Part shown: in pieces, positions 1 to 9,142 of the stretch
Layout of the letters: each line of letters starts with the position of its first letter
Position numbering within the stretch: position 1 is the first letter of the stretch
From: Candidatus Odinarchaeota archaeon
GTDB taxonomy: Archaea; Asgardarchaeota; Odinarchaeia; Odinarchaeales; Odinarchaeaceae
Assembly: GCA_016839265.1 (NCBI GenBank)
Contig: JAEOUO010000002.1
Location: 60,001-92,000, forward strand
Length of the DNA: 32,000 bases
Direction of reading: 5' to 3'
Made by a program: the position numbers and the translations under genes
Notes under the pieces: generated by a model
Seen by the model: the letters and a program-made list of their open reading frames with translations, nothing else
Databases searched by the model: none
Told to the model about the DNA's origin: nothing

Positions 1-1
1 A

Positions 2-124
2 GAGGGATCAGAGTTAGTTACTCCAATGGATTTAATAGAGAAGCGAATAATAAATATTTTTGATGATGATAAATCTCAGGGAGAAGCTGATTTATCCACT
101 CTTATAAATCATTTCACATTATAG
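2..124 (+). CDS. 3' end of a gene truncated by the window edge; possibly an NAD(P)-dependent oxidoreductase (HIBADH/6PGD-like C-terminus)
   Basis: Open frame from 2 to TAG at 122-124 (EGSELVTPMDL...QGEADLSTLINHFTL*), abutting the next gene. The GEADLSTLI tail weakly resembles the G-x-x-D-x-S-x-I tail of beta-hydroxyacid dehydrogenases. The product call is weak. Confidence 0.45.
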   Translation, partial: EGSELVTPMDLIEKRIINIFDDDKSQGEADLSTLINHFTL

Positions 125-133
125 GTGTTAAAA

Positions 134-958
134 ATGATTCAAGTCGCTTTCCAAGGTGAGAAAGGCGCCTATAGTGAAGAAGCTGCTTTACAGTATTTCG
201 GTGAAAATATTGCATTTAAACCATGTTACAGCTTTCAGGAAGTTTTTGAATATGTTACTGATAGGAAGGTTGAATACGGGATTGTACCAGTGGAGAACTC
301 TTACACTGGAAGTATCGTAGACACCTTTGATCTTTTATTAAATTATAATGTGAATATAGTCGGTGAGAAGATTCTGCGAATAAAACATAATCTGATAGCA
401 AATAAAGGAGTCTCATTACCAGATATAAGTGAAGTCTATGCGCATCCTCAAGCTATAGCTCAATGTGATGTTTTTCTTAAAAAAATAGGTAAAAAGATTA
501 CCCCATTCTACGATACAGCTGGCAGTGTTAAATATATCAAAGAGAAAAAATTAAGAAACGCCGCTGCTATAGCTAGCCGTTACGCTGCTGAAATATATGA
601 TATGAATATTCTAGCTGAATCTATTGAAAGTTTCTCTAGTAATTACACTCGATTCTATATTATTTCTCTTAAAGAATCTGTTAAAGGCTTGAAAAATAAG
701 ACTACAATTGTTTTCTCAATTAAAAATATTCCAGGTTCTCTTTATAATTGTTTAAAACCGTTAGCTGAAGCTGGTTTAAACTTAAGTAAAATAGAGTCAA
801 GACCTGATAGAAAGAAACCGTGGGAGTACATTTTCTACCTTGACTTTGAAGGTGTTAAAGACGATCCGATTGTAAAACAAGCTTTAATAAAGCTTGAAGC
901 TGAAACTTCATTTCTAAAGATTCTAGGTTCATACCCTGCTGATACTTTAATAATATAG
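134..958 (+). CDS. pheA: Prephenate dehydratase (PDT + ACT domain)
   Basis: Motifs VAFQGEKGAYSE, VPVENS, YAHPQAIAQC, NYTRF, and the ACT-domain GSLY / SKIESRP / YIFYLDFEG. ATG at 134 follows AGGTG; the ORF track starts at GTG 125. Confidence 0.94.
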   Translation: MIQVAFQGEKGAYSEEAALQYFGENIAFKPCYSFQEVFEYVTDRKVEYGIVPVENSYTGSIVDTFDLLLNYNVNIVGEKILRIKHNLIANKGVSLPDISEVYAHPQAIAQCDVFLKKIGKKITPFYDTAGSVKYIKEKKLRNAAAIASRYAAEIYDMNILAESIESFSSNYTRFYIISLKESVKGLKNKTTIVFSIKNIPGSLYNCLKPLAEAGLNLSKIESRPDRKKPWEYIFYLDFEGVKDDPIVKQALIKLEAETSFLKILGSYPADTLII

Positions 959-962
959 TGAA

Positions 963-1811
963 TTGTATATGTATCCTATTAAATGCTTAATCACGGGTGG
1001 TACAAGTGGATTAGGGAAGGCTACAGCGCTTAGTTTAGCTAAACTACCGTCTTCACATATTATAATTTTAGGTCGTGATAAAAACCGTTGCGAAGCATCA
1101 GTATCGGATATAATTCACGCTACCGGTAATAATTTAGTGGAATACAGATTAGCAGATTTATCTTCTCAAGATAGTATTAGAAGGTTTGTTTTAAAATTTA
1201 AAGAAGATGGAGCATTTATTAATTTACTTATAAATAACGCAGGTGTCATGTGTCAAAAAAGAATTTTAACAGCAGATGGATATGAGATGACGTTCGCTGT
1301 TAATTATCTAGCTCCTTTTCTTTTAACAAATCTTTTAATAGATTCATTAAAAATAAATACACCCGCCCGTATAATAAACGTGGCCTCCGATTTTCACAGT
1401 CAAGAAATAGACTTTGATAATCTTAACGGTGAAAAGAATTTCTCCCCTTTCAACGCTTACAAACTCTCTAAACTTGCGTTAATCATCTTTACATTTCAAC
1501 TTTCTAAAAAACTGTTAAACTCAAATATTACAGTTAACTGTTTTCACCCTGGTTTTCTTAAAACAAATATCAGTCGAGGCTTAGCAGGTCTGTATAAAAT
1601 CGGATTTAAAGCCGCCTCTTTTATATTCGGTAAACCAGCTGAAAAAGCTGCATCTGATTTAACATATTTAGCGGTCTCCCCTGATTTAAATAACGTGACC
1701 GGTAAATATTTTAAAGGCCGTGTTGAATCTAAACCCGCTGCAATCGCATATAATAATCAAATAAGTGAAAAACTATGGGATTTAAGTTTAAAGCTTACAG
1801 GTTTATCTTAA
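963..1811 (+). CDS. Classical short-chain dehydrogenase/reductase, retinol-dehydrogenase-like subfamily
   Basis: TGGTSGLG nucleotide-binding motif, NNAG, DGYEMTFAVNYLAPFLLT, catalytic YKLSK, HPG. Confidence 0.9.
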   Translation: MYMYPIKCLITGGTSGLGKATALSLAKLPSSHIIILGRDKNRCEASVSDIIHATGNNLVEYRLADLSSQDSIRRFVLKFKEDGAFINLLINNAGVMCQKRILTADGYEMTFAVNYLAPFLLTNLLIDSLKINTPARIINVASDFHSQEIDFDNLNGEKNFSPFNAYKLSKLALIIFTFQLSKKLLNSNITVNCFHPGFLKTNISRGLAGLYKIGFKAASFIFGKPAEKAASDLTYLAVSPDLNNVTGKYFKGRVESKPAAIAYNNQISEKLWDLSLKLTGLS

Positions 1812-1866
1812 CGTTTAATTAGTAAACTTAATATAACTCTCTTTCTCAAAAATCATAGTTTGCAGG

Positions 1867-2622
1867 TTGATATATATGGATTTTAATCGATTCTATATTA
1901 ATAAAATTATAAATAAGATAATAGATGATGATGTTCATAGACATCTTGTAAAATATAGTAGAGGAGAATTTCCTGGTCCGGACTTATTTATAAAAATTAA
2001 AGGCGATAAGATTACAATAACTTGTGACTACGAGTATACTAATTTTATAGAATTTTTATTTATCTCCACGATTGCTTCAGAAACTTTTAACGTTAAAGGT
2101 AAAATCTATGCTTTAAAAGATGTCACTGATTTTCTTAAAGATTTAGGTGTTTCTTCAATGAAAAAAACACCTCCTCTTTACTCTACAGATTTAACTGGCT
2201 GCTTTAATAAAGAGAGTTTACTTAAAATATTTAATAACGAGTCTATAACAGCGGTTCTGTTTAATATAAATCCTGGTAAAGATTTTTACTCAAATATTAA
2301 AACAGGGGCGCGTATACCTAAACCGAAAATAGAGCGTTCCGAAACCGCACCCTCCTTCACTAATATGAGACTTGATGTAAACGAGCTGGAAGATAAATCT
2401 GTTAACTTTTTAAAACTTTTAATCCCTGATTTACCTGAGGGGAGCGCAAGCTGTGATACTTTAAAAATTGAAAGCGATTTCACTATAATAGAGTTAGTAT
2501 TCCCAGAAAATAAAGAGGCGATACCTTCTTCTCAGTTAAGATATATGGTTAAAAGGCGAGGTTACTTAACTAGAAGAATAAAACTCGGGGACTCAACTAT
2601 AGAAAAAACATATAATTTTTAG
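1867..2622 (+). CDS. Hypothetical protein (251 aa; start may be ATG 1876)
   Basis: Long ORF with genome-typical codon use. The HRHLVKYSRGEFPGP N-terminus looks like a conserved archaeal uncharacterised family; no function recognised. Confidence 0.75.
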   Translation: MIYMDFNRFYINKIINKIIDDDVHRHLVKYSRGEFPGPDLFIKIKGDKITITCDYEYTNFIEFLFISTIASETFNVKGKIYALKDVTDFLKDLGVSSMKKTPPLYSTDLTGCFNKESLLKIFNNESITAVLFNINPGKDFYSNIKTGARIPKPKIERSETAPSFTNMRLDVNELEDKSVNFLKLLIPDLPEGSASCDTLKIESDFTIIELVFPENKEAIPSSQLRYMVKRRGYLTRRIKLGDSTIEKTYNF

Positions 2623-2796
2623 TAATTTTAATAGTATCCGCGGGCACTCCTAGGATAACAACTGGAGGTTCACAATAACATAACGCTTATATTCTAAATT
2701 AATCTTCGATTAGATAAGAGTACTCTAAAAGAGTTTAATAATAGATTTTATTATTCATTATTAAATATTAAAAGAATATCTTTGGGTGGATCTACT

Positions 2797-3450
2797 ATGA
2801 TAAACAATAACCAGTTTAAAACACCAGGTTTTCAGACCGGTACAACTACACTTGGACTAATATACAACACTGGAGTTATTTTAGCAAGTGAAAGCCGGGT
2901 TTCGGAAGGTTATTATGTGGCTAGTAAAACAGGTAAAAAAGTTTTAATGATAGATGATCATATAGGGATGACTATTGCAGGTTCAGTTGCAGACGCTCAG
3001 TCAATGGTGGATCAAGCTAGAGCGCTGGCTAAACTTTATTTTTACGATAAAGGGAGGAAGATACCTGTTAAAGCAGCAGCTAAACTTATATCAAATATTC
3101 TCTTCGGTCAAAGACCGTTATATTTAATGACCGCGCTTCTGATAGGAGGCGTGGACGATGAGGGGCCGCATCTTTACAGTTTAGACGCTGCTGGTTCACT
3201 TATACCTGATAAATACACTTCCACAGGATCAGGGTCAGTGATAGCTTACGGTGTTTTAGAAGACTCTTATAAAGAGGATATTAGTGAACGGGAAGCAATC
3301 GAATTGTCTATAAGAGCCATCTCAGCAGCTAAAAAAAGAGATGTTTTTTCAGGAAATAAGATAAGTGTAGCTGTAATAGACAGGGACGGGTTCAGGCTCC
3401 TCTCTGATAATGAAATAGAATCTGTTGAACGTAAACTTTCAGGTCAATGA
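2797..3450 (+). CDS. psmB: Proteasome beta subunit
   Basis: Short propeptide ending G|TTTLGL (catalytic Thr1), Glu17 and Lys33 equivalents (ASESR, GKKV), GSVADAQ, GSGS, RDVFSG. ATG at 2797 follows GGGTGG. Confidence 0.97.
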   Translation: MINNNQFKTPGFQTGTTTLGLIYNTGVILASESRVSEGYYVASKTGKKVLMIDDHIGMTIAGSVADAQSMVDQARALAKLYFYDKGRKIPVKAAAKLISNILFGQRPLYLMTALLIGGVDDEGPHLYSLDAAGSLIPDKYTSTGSGSVIAYGVLEDSYKEDISEREAIELSIRAISAAKKRDVFSGNKISVAVIDRDGFRLLSDNEIESVERKLSGQ

Positions 3451-3468
3451 GCTAAAATTAAACTATTT

Positions 3469-4254
3469 TTATTTCTCTATGTTTATAGTGATTTTTCCAT
3501 TTATATTTTCATCAACTTGTTTAAGCGTTGATATTAACGCTATGATCGTGTTTCTTATTATTTTAGCTGGGAATGATTTTAAAGGAAGTTTAACACCGTT
3601 AACTTTTATCTCTATTTTAAAAGTGTCATTTGAGAGCACCGGGCAGTCCGTTAAATTTCTCTCCCCTTTATATATTTTTTCAGCCATTTCAAAGCAATTA
3701 AAACCGCATTTTAGGCAGTCTAATCTAGGCAACAGCTTATAAAACTCGTAAACTGTTTTAAATTCTTCTATAAACTGTTCCACTCTCTTCATTAACTCGC
3801 TGAATTCAACGCCGCCTCCTTCAATATTATAAGTATAAAGTCCTAGGATAGGCGGTTTCACAGTGTTAAGATAATCTTTTAACTGCCCGCTTTCAGTGTA
3901 ACAGATGATTTTCCCCACACGATTATCTTTTTGAACAATTTCTGAAAAACCCTCTATGATTACAACATCTACTGGTATAATAATATTCTTTTCAATATCT
4001 TCTATTGAAACCGGTTTAATATAATCATTAACATATACTGTTATTCTCCCAGATGAGAATAATATGACTGGGTTTGCCCCTGATTTCTGAAATCTGTAAC
4101 TGTCAGTTCCCTTTGTATCTAATTCTAATTTATGAGTAGTATGCTTGACAGCTGCTACCCTAATTTTTCGATTAACTAGAGTAGCGATTATTCGTTCAGC
4201 TAACCCGGTTTTACCGGTATCTTTTTTACCTAATACACATATAGTTGGATGCAC
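3469..4254 (-). CDS. mobB: Molybdopterin-guanine dinucleotide biosynthesis protein MobB with C-terminal Fe-S domain
   Basis: GKKDTGKT P-loop, VAAVKHTTH, DTKGTDSYRF, VVIIEGF. C-terminal LPRLDCLKCGFNC...CPVL four-Cys cluster. Confidence 0.88.
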   Translation of the reverse strand: MHPTICVLGKKDTGKTGLAERIIATLVNRKIRVAAVKHTTHKLELDTKGTDSYRFQKSGANPVILFSSGRITVYVNDYIKPVSIEDIEKNIIIPVDVVIIEGFSEIVQKDNRVGKIICYTESGQLKDYLNTVKPPILGLYTYNIEGGGVEFSELMKRVEQFIEEFKTVYEFYKLLPRLDCLKCGFNCFEMAEKIYKGERNLTDCPVLSNDTFKIEIKVNGVKLPLKSFPAKIIRNTIIALISTLKQVDENINGKITINIEK

Positions 4255-4386
4255 TAATCTCCCCGTCCAGTTTATAATTTATGATACACTATGTTTCATA
4301 TAAATTTTAAAATAAGTTGTCTAACTCTATATAAAAACGTTAAAATTAAACTGAAACTATTATTCATATATGTTTAAAATAAATTA

Positions 4387-5145
4387 TTGGATGTGAAATA
4401 CTTTATGTCAATGTTAACTGCCGCTGATGCTTTAAATTCAGCTATTAATGAAAAAGACTCTTTGAAAAGATCTCAAAAGTTTTATGAAGCGTGTCTTCTT
4501 TTATTTAAAGCAGGTCGCTTTGATGAAGCGCTAAAATATATTGGGAACGTAACAGACGCTGAACAATTCATAAACCTTATTACAGATGAATATTTTAACT
4601 CGAAACTTTTTGAAATGAGCATGACTAAAACTCTTAAAGATTTACTTATTAAAGCGGAAGAAAAAATATTTTCGGTAAATAGATTAAGTGATAGGCTTCG
4701 CATGAATCTAAAAATTTCACTTTCATATTTCCGTATCGGATTAATTACAGACTCTCATAGAATAGTTAAATCAATTTTGGAAACTCTTAAAGATTATAAT
4801 GGTGAGGACCGGGATAGCCTGCTCTGCATGCTAGTTGAAGTTCAATCTAAGATTAGTAATTTAAAAGAAGCGCGGCAAATTATAACTGAAATAAAACAGC
4901 CGTATTTTAAATCTTTAGCCTTATTATATATAGTGAAGGCGTTTGCTTTTAAAGATAAAACTGATGAAGCTGTTTTAGTAGCTAATGAAATAGAAGATAC
5001 TATTCAAAGATCTAACGCGTTTACATATATAGCCGCGGCTTTGATCAGAAAGAAGAATTTTCACGAGGCTGAACTTATTTCAGCTCTTATAACTGTACCG
5101 GTTTGGAGGGAACGAATTAAACATTGGATTAATATTTACCGATGA
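4387..5145 (+). CDS. TPR-like alpha-helical repeat protein
   Basis: Repeated helical-hairpin pattern (FKSLALLYIVKAFA..DEAVLVANEIED..QRSNAFTYIAAAL..FHEAELISALI). Confidence 0.65.
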   Translation: MDVKYFMSMLTAADALNSAINEKDSLKRSQKFYEACLLLFKAGRFDEALKYIGNVTDAEQFINLITDEYFNSKLFEMSMTKTLKDLLIKAEEKIFSVNRLSDRLRMNLKISLSYFRIGLITDSHRIVKSILETLKDYNGEDRDSLLCMLVEVQSKISNLKEARQIITEIKQPYFKSLALLYIVKAFAFKDKTDEAVLVANEIEDTIQRSNAFTYIAAALIRKKNFHEAELISALITVPVWRERIKHWINIYR

Positions 5146-5245
5146 ATAAACCAATATCTTAATTTTTTTTAAAAAAAACTAGCTGTTTTATATTAAAATT
5201 TTTAAATAAAACTTATTATACTAAGAATAGTTAAACAATTAACTG

Positions 5246-5668
5246 GTGATTGTTTTGCCTCAGAGTATTCGTGTTCTTCAAAAAAATCTTAATAATGCTA
5301 GAGCTAAACTTGAAGAAGCTTTTAAAAATATTGTAGAGAAGGAAAAGATGGCTAATTTTTATAAATATTACGCAAATTATTACTGGGTTAAATCATCTGA
5401 TATCCAGATTCAACTCTGGTTGAAAGAATTTGAAGAACTTCAACACCAGAAATCTCTAGTAAACGATAAGACTTCTCTAGAAAACAGAATTAAAAGAGTT
5501 GAAAATGATATTGTTCACATATTATCTAATTTGAAGAAATGTGATGAAGAAGCTGTTCAGAAAAATTGGCGTGTTAGAATAAAATATAAGACTATCCACG
5601 ACTATATTCGCGATGTGTATGGTAAAGCAGCGGAGTTACGTCGTTTACTTAAAAAAATTAGGGTTTAA
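5246..5668 (+). CDS. Hypothetical coiled-coil protein
   Basis: 140-aa ORF with heptad-like charged helices, preceded by a TATA-like AT tract. Confidence 0.65.
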   Translation: MIVLPQSIRVLQKNLNNARAKLEEAFKNIVEKEKMANFYKYYANYYWVKSSDIQIQLWLKEFEELQHQKSLVNDKTSLENRIKRVENDIVHILSNLKKCDEEAVQKNWRVRIKYKTIHDYIRDVYGKAAELRRLLKKIRV

Positions 5669-6009
5669 TTTTTTATCGGAATCATACATAGAAATATTAG
5701 ATCCGTTTCCCCCGTGTTCTTATAGTAATGTGGCTCGTTTGGAGGTATGTATATAGCGGTGTTCTCTTCAACTTCATAAGTTTTACCCCCATTTTTGATA
5801 ATTCCTTTACCTTTTAATATGAAAATTTCATGCTCCCAGTTGTGATTGTGTAAACCTATCTCTCCTCCAGGCTTAACTGTGAAACGTCTCATTGCAAAGT
5901 TTTCCGCTCCGCAGTTATCCCTGTTTATTAGAACCTGGATATAAGTATCTTTAACCCCTTCCTGGGTGACTAATTCCATCTTCACTTCTTTAACCTTTTT
6001 AATATACAT
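5665..6009 (-). CDS. Cupin-domain protein (cupin_2)
   Basis: Cupin motifs GLHNHNWEHEIFILKG and IPPNEPHYYKN; GAGG RBS upstream. Confidence 0.92.
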   Translation of the reverse strand: MYIKKVKEVKMELVTQEGVKDTYIQVLINRDNCGAENFAMRRFTVKPGGEIGLHNHNWEHEIFILKGKGIIKNGGKTYEVEENTAIYIPPNEPHYYKNTGETDLIFLCMIPIKN

Positions 6010-6082
6010 GTTTAAGCCCTCGTTGAATAAATTTTTATATTGTCTATGTATTATAAGCTTAAAAACTATGTGAGGTTGTTTT

Positions 6083-6610
6083 TTGCCTCTTACCCCTTTA
6101 CATTATCCTATTGCATTTATAATTTATCACGTTTCCAAAAAAAATCTTAGTTTACCTGTTTTAGTTATATCTTCTATGATATCTGACTTAGAGGTGCCTT
6201 TCATATTTTTTTTAACGGGAGGGGTAATAGACCGCTTAATTCTTCATAGTTTAATAGGAGGAGTATTTTTAGGTGTTCCTTTAACTATACTTGTTTTTTA
6301 CCCTCTTTATAAACTGTTTTTTAAAAAAATCTCTGAAACTGCCTCGTTTAAAATTGAATCCTATAAAAATCTAGTTTTATCATCGGTGTTAGGTGTTTTA
6401 TCGCATATACTTATAGATTCAACTCAACACCCTTATAATCCATTGTTTTGGCCTTTATCCTATGAGTCTTTTTACGGTTTAATTTTATTCGGTGACTTGG
6501 TTATCGCTTCTAATCTCTTATATATGGTTTTCACAGTTTTTACTCTAATAATCATATTATATGCTTTATTGAATCGAAAAGGATTTTTAACTCAAATTTT
6601 CATTGAATAA
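6083..6610 (+). CDS. Membrane protein, DUF4184/metal-dependent hydrolase-like
   Basis: MPLTPLH N-terminus, SMISDLE, LHS, SHILIDS motifs, several hydrophobic segments; GAGG RBS. Confidence 0.7.
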   Translation: MPLTPLHYPIAFIIYHVSKKNLSLPVLVISSMISDLEVPFIFFLTGGVIDRLILHSLIGGVFLGVPLTILVFYPLYKLFFKKISETASFKIESYKNLVLSSVLGVLSHILIDSTQHPYNPLFWPLSYESFYGLILFGDLVIASNLLYMVFTVFTLIIILYALLNRKGFLTQIFIE

Positions 6611-7204
6611 TCTTAGAATAAGATATTTTTTCTTCTTCTTCGGGTTATCCGGGTTATCTATTATAATACCGCCTTTAAAGCCGTTTTTTTTAAATAATTC
6701 TGTTACAAGTTTAAACTCTTTTTCACTTTGAGGGTAAAACTGTATCCCTACACTGCCATCTAATTGAATTAATCTTTTAATCTCTTTAACCACGAGTGTA
6801 TATTTCTGTAACACTTGGTTGCGTGTGCTACCCCAAATCCATTGAAGAGATGAAATAGATATAATGTTTTTGAAAACTCTATCTCTGAATGGAATGTTTT
6901 TAAAATCAGCGTTTAAAATTTCAATATTTTTATTTTTAGCGTATTTTAACATTTCAACAGATATATCTACGCCTACTAGTCTCCCCTTTTTATTAAAATA
7001 ATTTGAGGCGAGCCCTGTTCCGCAACCTAATTCTAGAATAAGTTCATCTTCGAATAGTTGAATTAGTTCACTTATTCTTTCAGCTATTTTCAACTGTGTT
7101 TTAATAATATTTTTATTATACTCGTATGATTTCGCTTTCTCTTCGTTGAAGAAATCTGCAGCGTCTACACCTAGTTTATCCGGCATTTTTAAATCTACTC
7201 TCAT
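6587..7204 (-). CDS. bud23: Class I SAM methyltransferase, Bud23/WBSCR22-like (SSU rRNA guanine-N7 methyltransferase family); likely start ATG 7186
   Basis: ILELGCGTG, GVDIS, plus family-typical segments FFNEEKAKSY, IPFR...ISISSLQW, QFYP and GFKGGIIIDNPDNPKKKKKYLIL. These parallel yeast Bud23 as I recall it (FYND..A.KY; IPFR..FD..ISISAIQW; QFYP; GFSGGLVVDDP...KKYYLVL). Confidence 0.8.
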   Translation of the reverse strand: MRVDLKMPDKLGVDAADFFNEEKAKSYEYNKNIIKTQLKIAERISELIQLFEDELILELGCGTGLASNYFNKKGRLVGVDISVEMLKYAKNKNIEILNADFKNIPFRDRVFKNIISISSLQWIWGSTRNQVLQKYTLVVKEIKRLIQLDGSVGIQFYPQSEKEFKLVTELFKKNGFKGGIIIDNPDNPKKKKKYLILRLFNENLS

Positions 7205-7322
7205 AACTTATTATTTAAGATTCATACGATGTGCGTAAAACTCTAAACTAATATTCGTAGAAAAAGATTTAAATAATATTCGTATCATTATAGCTAAGAC
7301 TTTATTTAAAGTTAGGTTAGAA

Positions 7323-7937
7323 GTGGTTGTCGTGAGCGATATAAAACTGTTTAATAAATGGGATTATGATAGTCTCCAGGTGAATGATTTAGGTCTCCAA
7401 AGGTATATATCGCTGAAGCCGGTTGTTTTACCGCATACAAGTGGGAGACATGAGCATAAACGTTTCGGTAAATCAGAGGTTCCTATAGTAGAGAGGTTTG
7501 TTAACAGGCTTACCGCGCTAGGTTTAGCTAAAGGTAAGGGTGGTAAGCATATTAAGATGTGTGTCGCTACAGGTAAGAAACAGACGGCGATTAACATTGT
7601 TAAAAACGCTTTTGAAATAATTAATCTGAGAACCGGTAAAAATCCTATTCAAGTTTTAATAGATGCTATTATTAATTCCGCTCCACGCGAGGATACTACT
7701 AGAATAAGTTATGGTGGGGTGGTTTATCATCAATCTGTTGACATGGCTCCTCAGAGGAGAGTTGACATGGCTTTAAGATTTCTAGCTCAGGGAGCGTTAA
7801 AAGCGAGTAAGAAAAATTCTAGTACTATTGAAGAATGTGTAGCTGAAGAATTAATTGCTGCTTCTGAAAATAATCCTAAAAGTTACGCTGTTAGTAGAAA
7901 AGAAGAGCGTGAAAGGATAGCTGCAGCGGCTAGATAA
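7323..7937 (+). CDS. rps7: 30S ribosomal protein uS7 (archaeal/eukaryotic type)
   Basis: LPHTSGRHEHKRF, PIVERF, NPIQVLIDAIINSAPREDTTRI, VDMAPQRRVD, RKEERERIAAAAR. Confidence 0.98.
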   Translation: MVVVSDIKLFNKWDYDSLQVNDLGLQRYISLKPVVLPHTSGRHEHKRFGKSEVPIVERFVNRLTALGLAKGKGGKHIKMCVATGKKQTAINIVKNAFEIINLRTGKNPIQVLIDAIINSAPREDTTRISYGGVVYHQSVDMAPQRRVDMALRFLAQGALKASKKNSSTIEECVAEELIAASENNPKSYAVSRKEERERIAAAAR

Positions 7938-7938
7938 A

Positions 7939-7959
7939 CTTTTCTCTAATTATTTTTTT
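7939..7959 (+). terminator. Oligo(T) archaeal terminator after rps7
   Basis: CTTTTCTCTAATTATTTTTTT directly after the TAA at 7935-7937. Confidence 0.45.
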
Positions 7960-8254
7960 AACTTATATTCTTAGATAACTCTATAAGATCTGCGGCTACA
8001 CCTTCTCTTTCAATATAGAGTTTTAGATTTTCAAATCTTACCATTCTCGCTTTATAAGCGTCCACGATTATAGCGAGCTTCGTTACAACATTACATATCT
8101 TGTTTAATAATATGACGTTAACCATTCTTTTTTTGTTATTTATTATCTGCCAGACTTTATCGATGTGAACTTGTATTTCGTCTGCTTTAAACTTTTCTTC
8201 CTCTGATGTAGCTAGTATAGAGCTTATATGTTTCAGCTCTACGTCAATACTCAC
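7958..8254 (-). CDS. Hypothetical helical protein (98 aa)
   Basis: Third of three co-directional small ORFs with short gaps; GGGTG RBS before the GTG start. Confidence 0.65.
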   Translation of the reverse strand: MSIDVELKHISSILATSEEEKFKADEIQVHIDKVWQIINNKKRMVNVILLNKICNVVTKLAIIVDAYKARMVRFENLKLYIEREGVAADLIELSKNIS

Positions 8255-8292
8255 ATCTTACACCCATATTTAGTAGTTATACTATAATACTC

Positions 8293-8529
8293 TTAAAGAT
8301 GTATATATAGCTCGCATTCCCTGTTGTCAGCCACCCTCATAAAAGCTTTTATCCGATCTTCTGTGATCTTTTCTAGTATATTTAAAAATGTTTTAATAGA
8401 ATCTTTATCATAATCCGATTTTTTGAATACTAGTTTAAGTATTTCACACCCGTATCGGTCAACTAGTATATCGCCGTTTTGAACACCCTTAAGCAATTCA
8501 AAAATATTATTAAGCTGCTTCTCCCCCAT
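8293..8529 (-). CDS. Hypothetical protein (78 aa)
   Basis: ATG preceded by AGGGGCATAGGAG, 13 nt after the upstream stop. Confidence 0.7.
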   Translation of the reverse strand: MGEKQLNNIFELLKGVQNGDILVDRYGCEILKLVFKKSDYDKDSIKTFLNILEKITEDRIKAFMRVADNRECELYIHL

Positions 8530-8542
8530 CTCCTATGCCCCT

Positions 8543-8854
8543 CTAATTTATATTATCTAAATAATTCACCAGCTCGCTGAGTGTTTTGTTTTTTAAGATG
8601 TTTACGATAAGCTCCTCCTTTGTTATTGCACCTGCGAAGTATGCTTCTAAAGCTATAGACATATTTATAATGATCTCTGTTAGCGTTTTCGTTTCGACTG
8701 ATTGGAATTTATTTAAATATCTCCATATGTTACTTAATTCTTCATATACACGTCTGGTTTCATCGTGTGACTGTTTTGCTATAAGTTCTCTCGTTTTATC
8801 TGCTATGTTCATGATCTTTTCTTTCACATCGTTTAATATTATTAGCTGGTTCAA
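8543..8854 (-). CDS. Hypothetical helical protein (103 aa)
   Basis: TTG start preceded by a strong GAGGAGGAG RBS. Confidence 0.72.
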   Translation of the reverse strand: MNQLIILNDVKEKIMNIADKTRELIAKQSHDETRRVYEELSNIWRYLNKFQSVETKTLTEIIINMSIALEAYFAGAITKEELIVNILKNKTLSELVNYLDNIN

Positions 8855-9078
8855 TTTTTCTCCTCCTCACATTGGTGTGAATAGCCTTTTTTTATTCCTT
8901 TTTAAACACTTCTACTCATTTAAAAAATTATTATAAAATAAGCTTTAAGTTATCTATAAAGTTTTTCTTCTATCTTAATAGGTTTTTTTATTATTAAAAA
9001 AGCTTTTAATCGTTTTATTTGAATTAAATATCTTTTTTATCGTTTTATTCTATACCATATTGGACTCTTAGCATAATG

Positions 9079-9120
9079 TTTATATCGAACAATTGCACAA
9101 TTTTAATTATAATTATTGTG
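9079..9120 (+). promoter_or_regulatory. Putative promoter (TTTATAT box) and CACAAT-N13-ATTGTG inverted repeat upstream of the Lrp/AsnC-like gene
   Basis: TTTATAT at 9079-9085; CACAAT at 9096-9101 and ATTGTG at 9115-9120 straddle the expected transcription start. Confidence 0.35.
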
Positions 9121-9142
9121 TTTTTTTTCAGGTGAATTTTTT

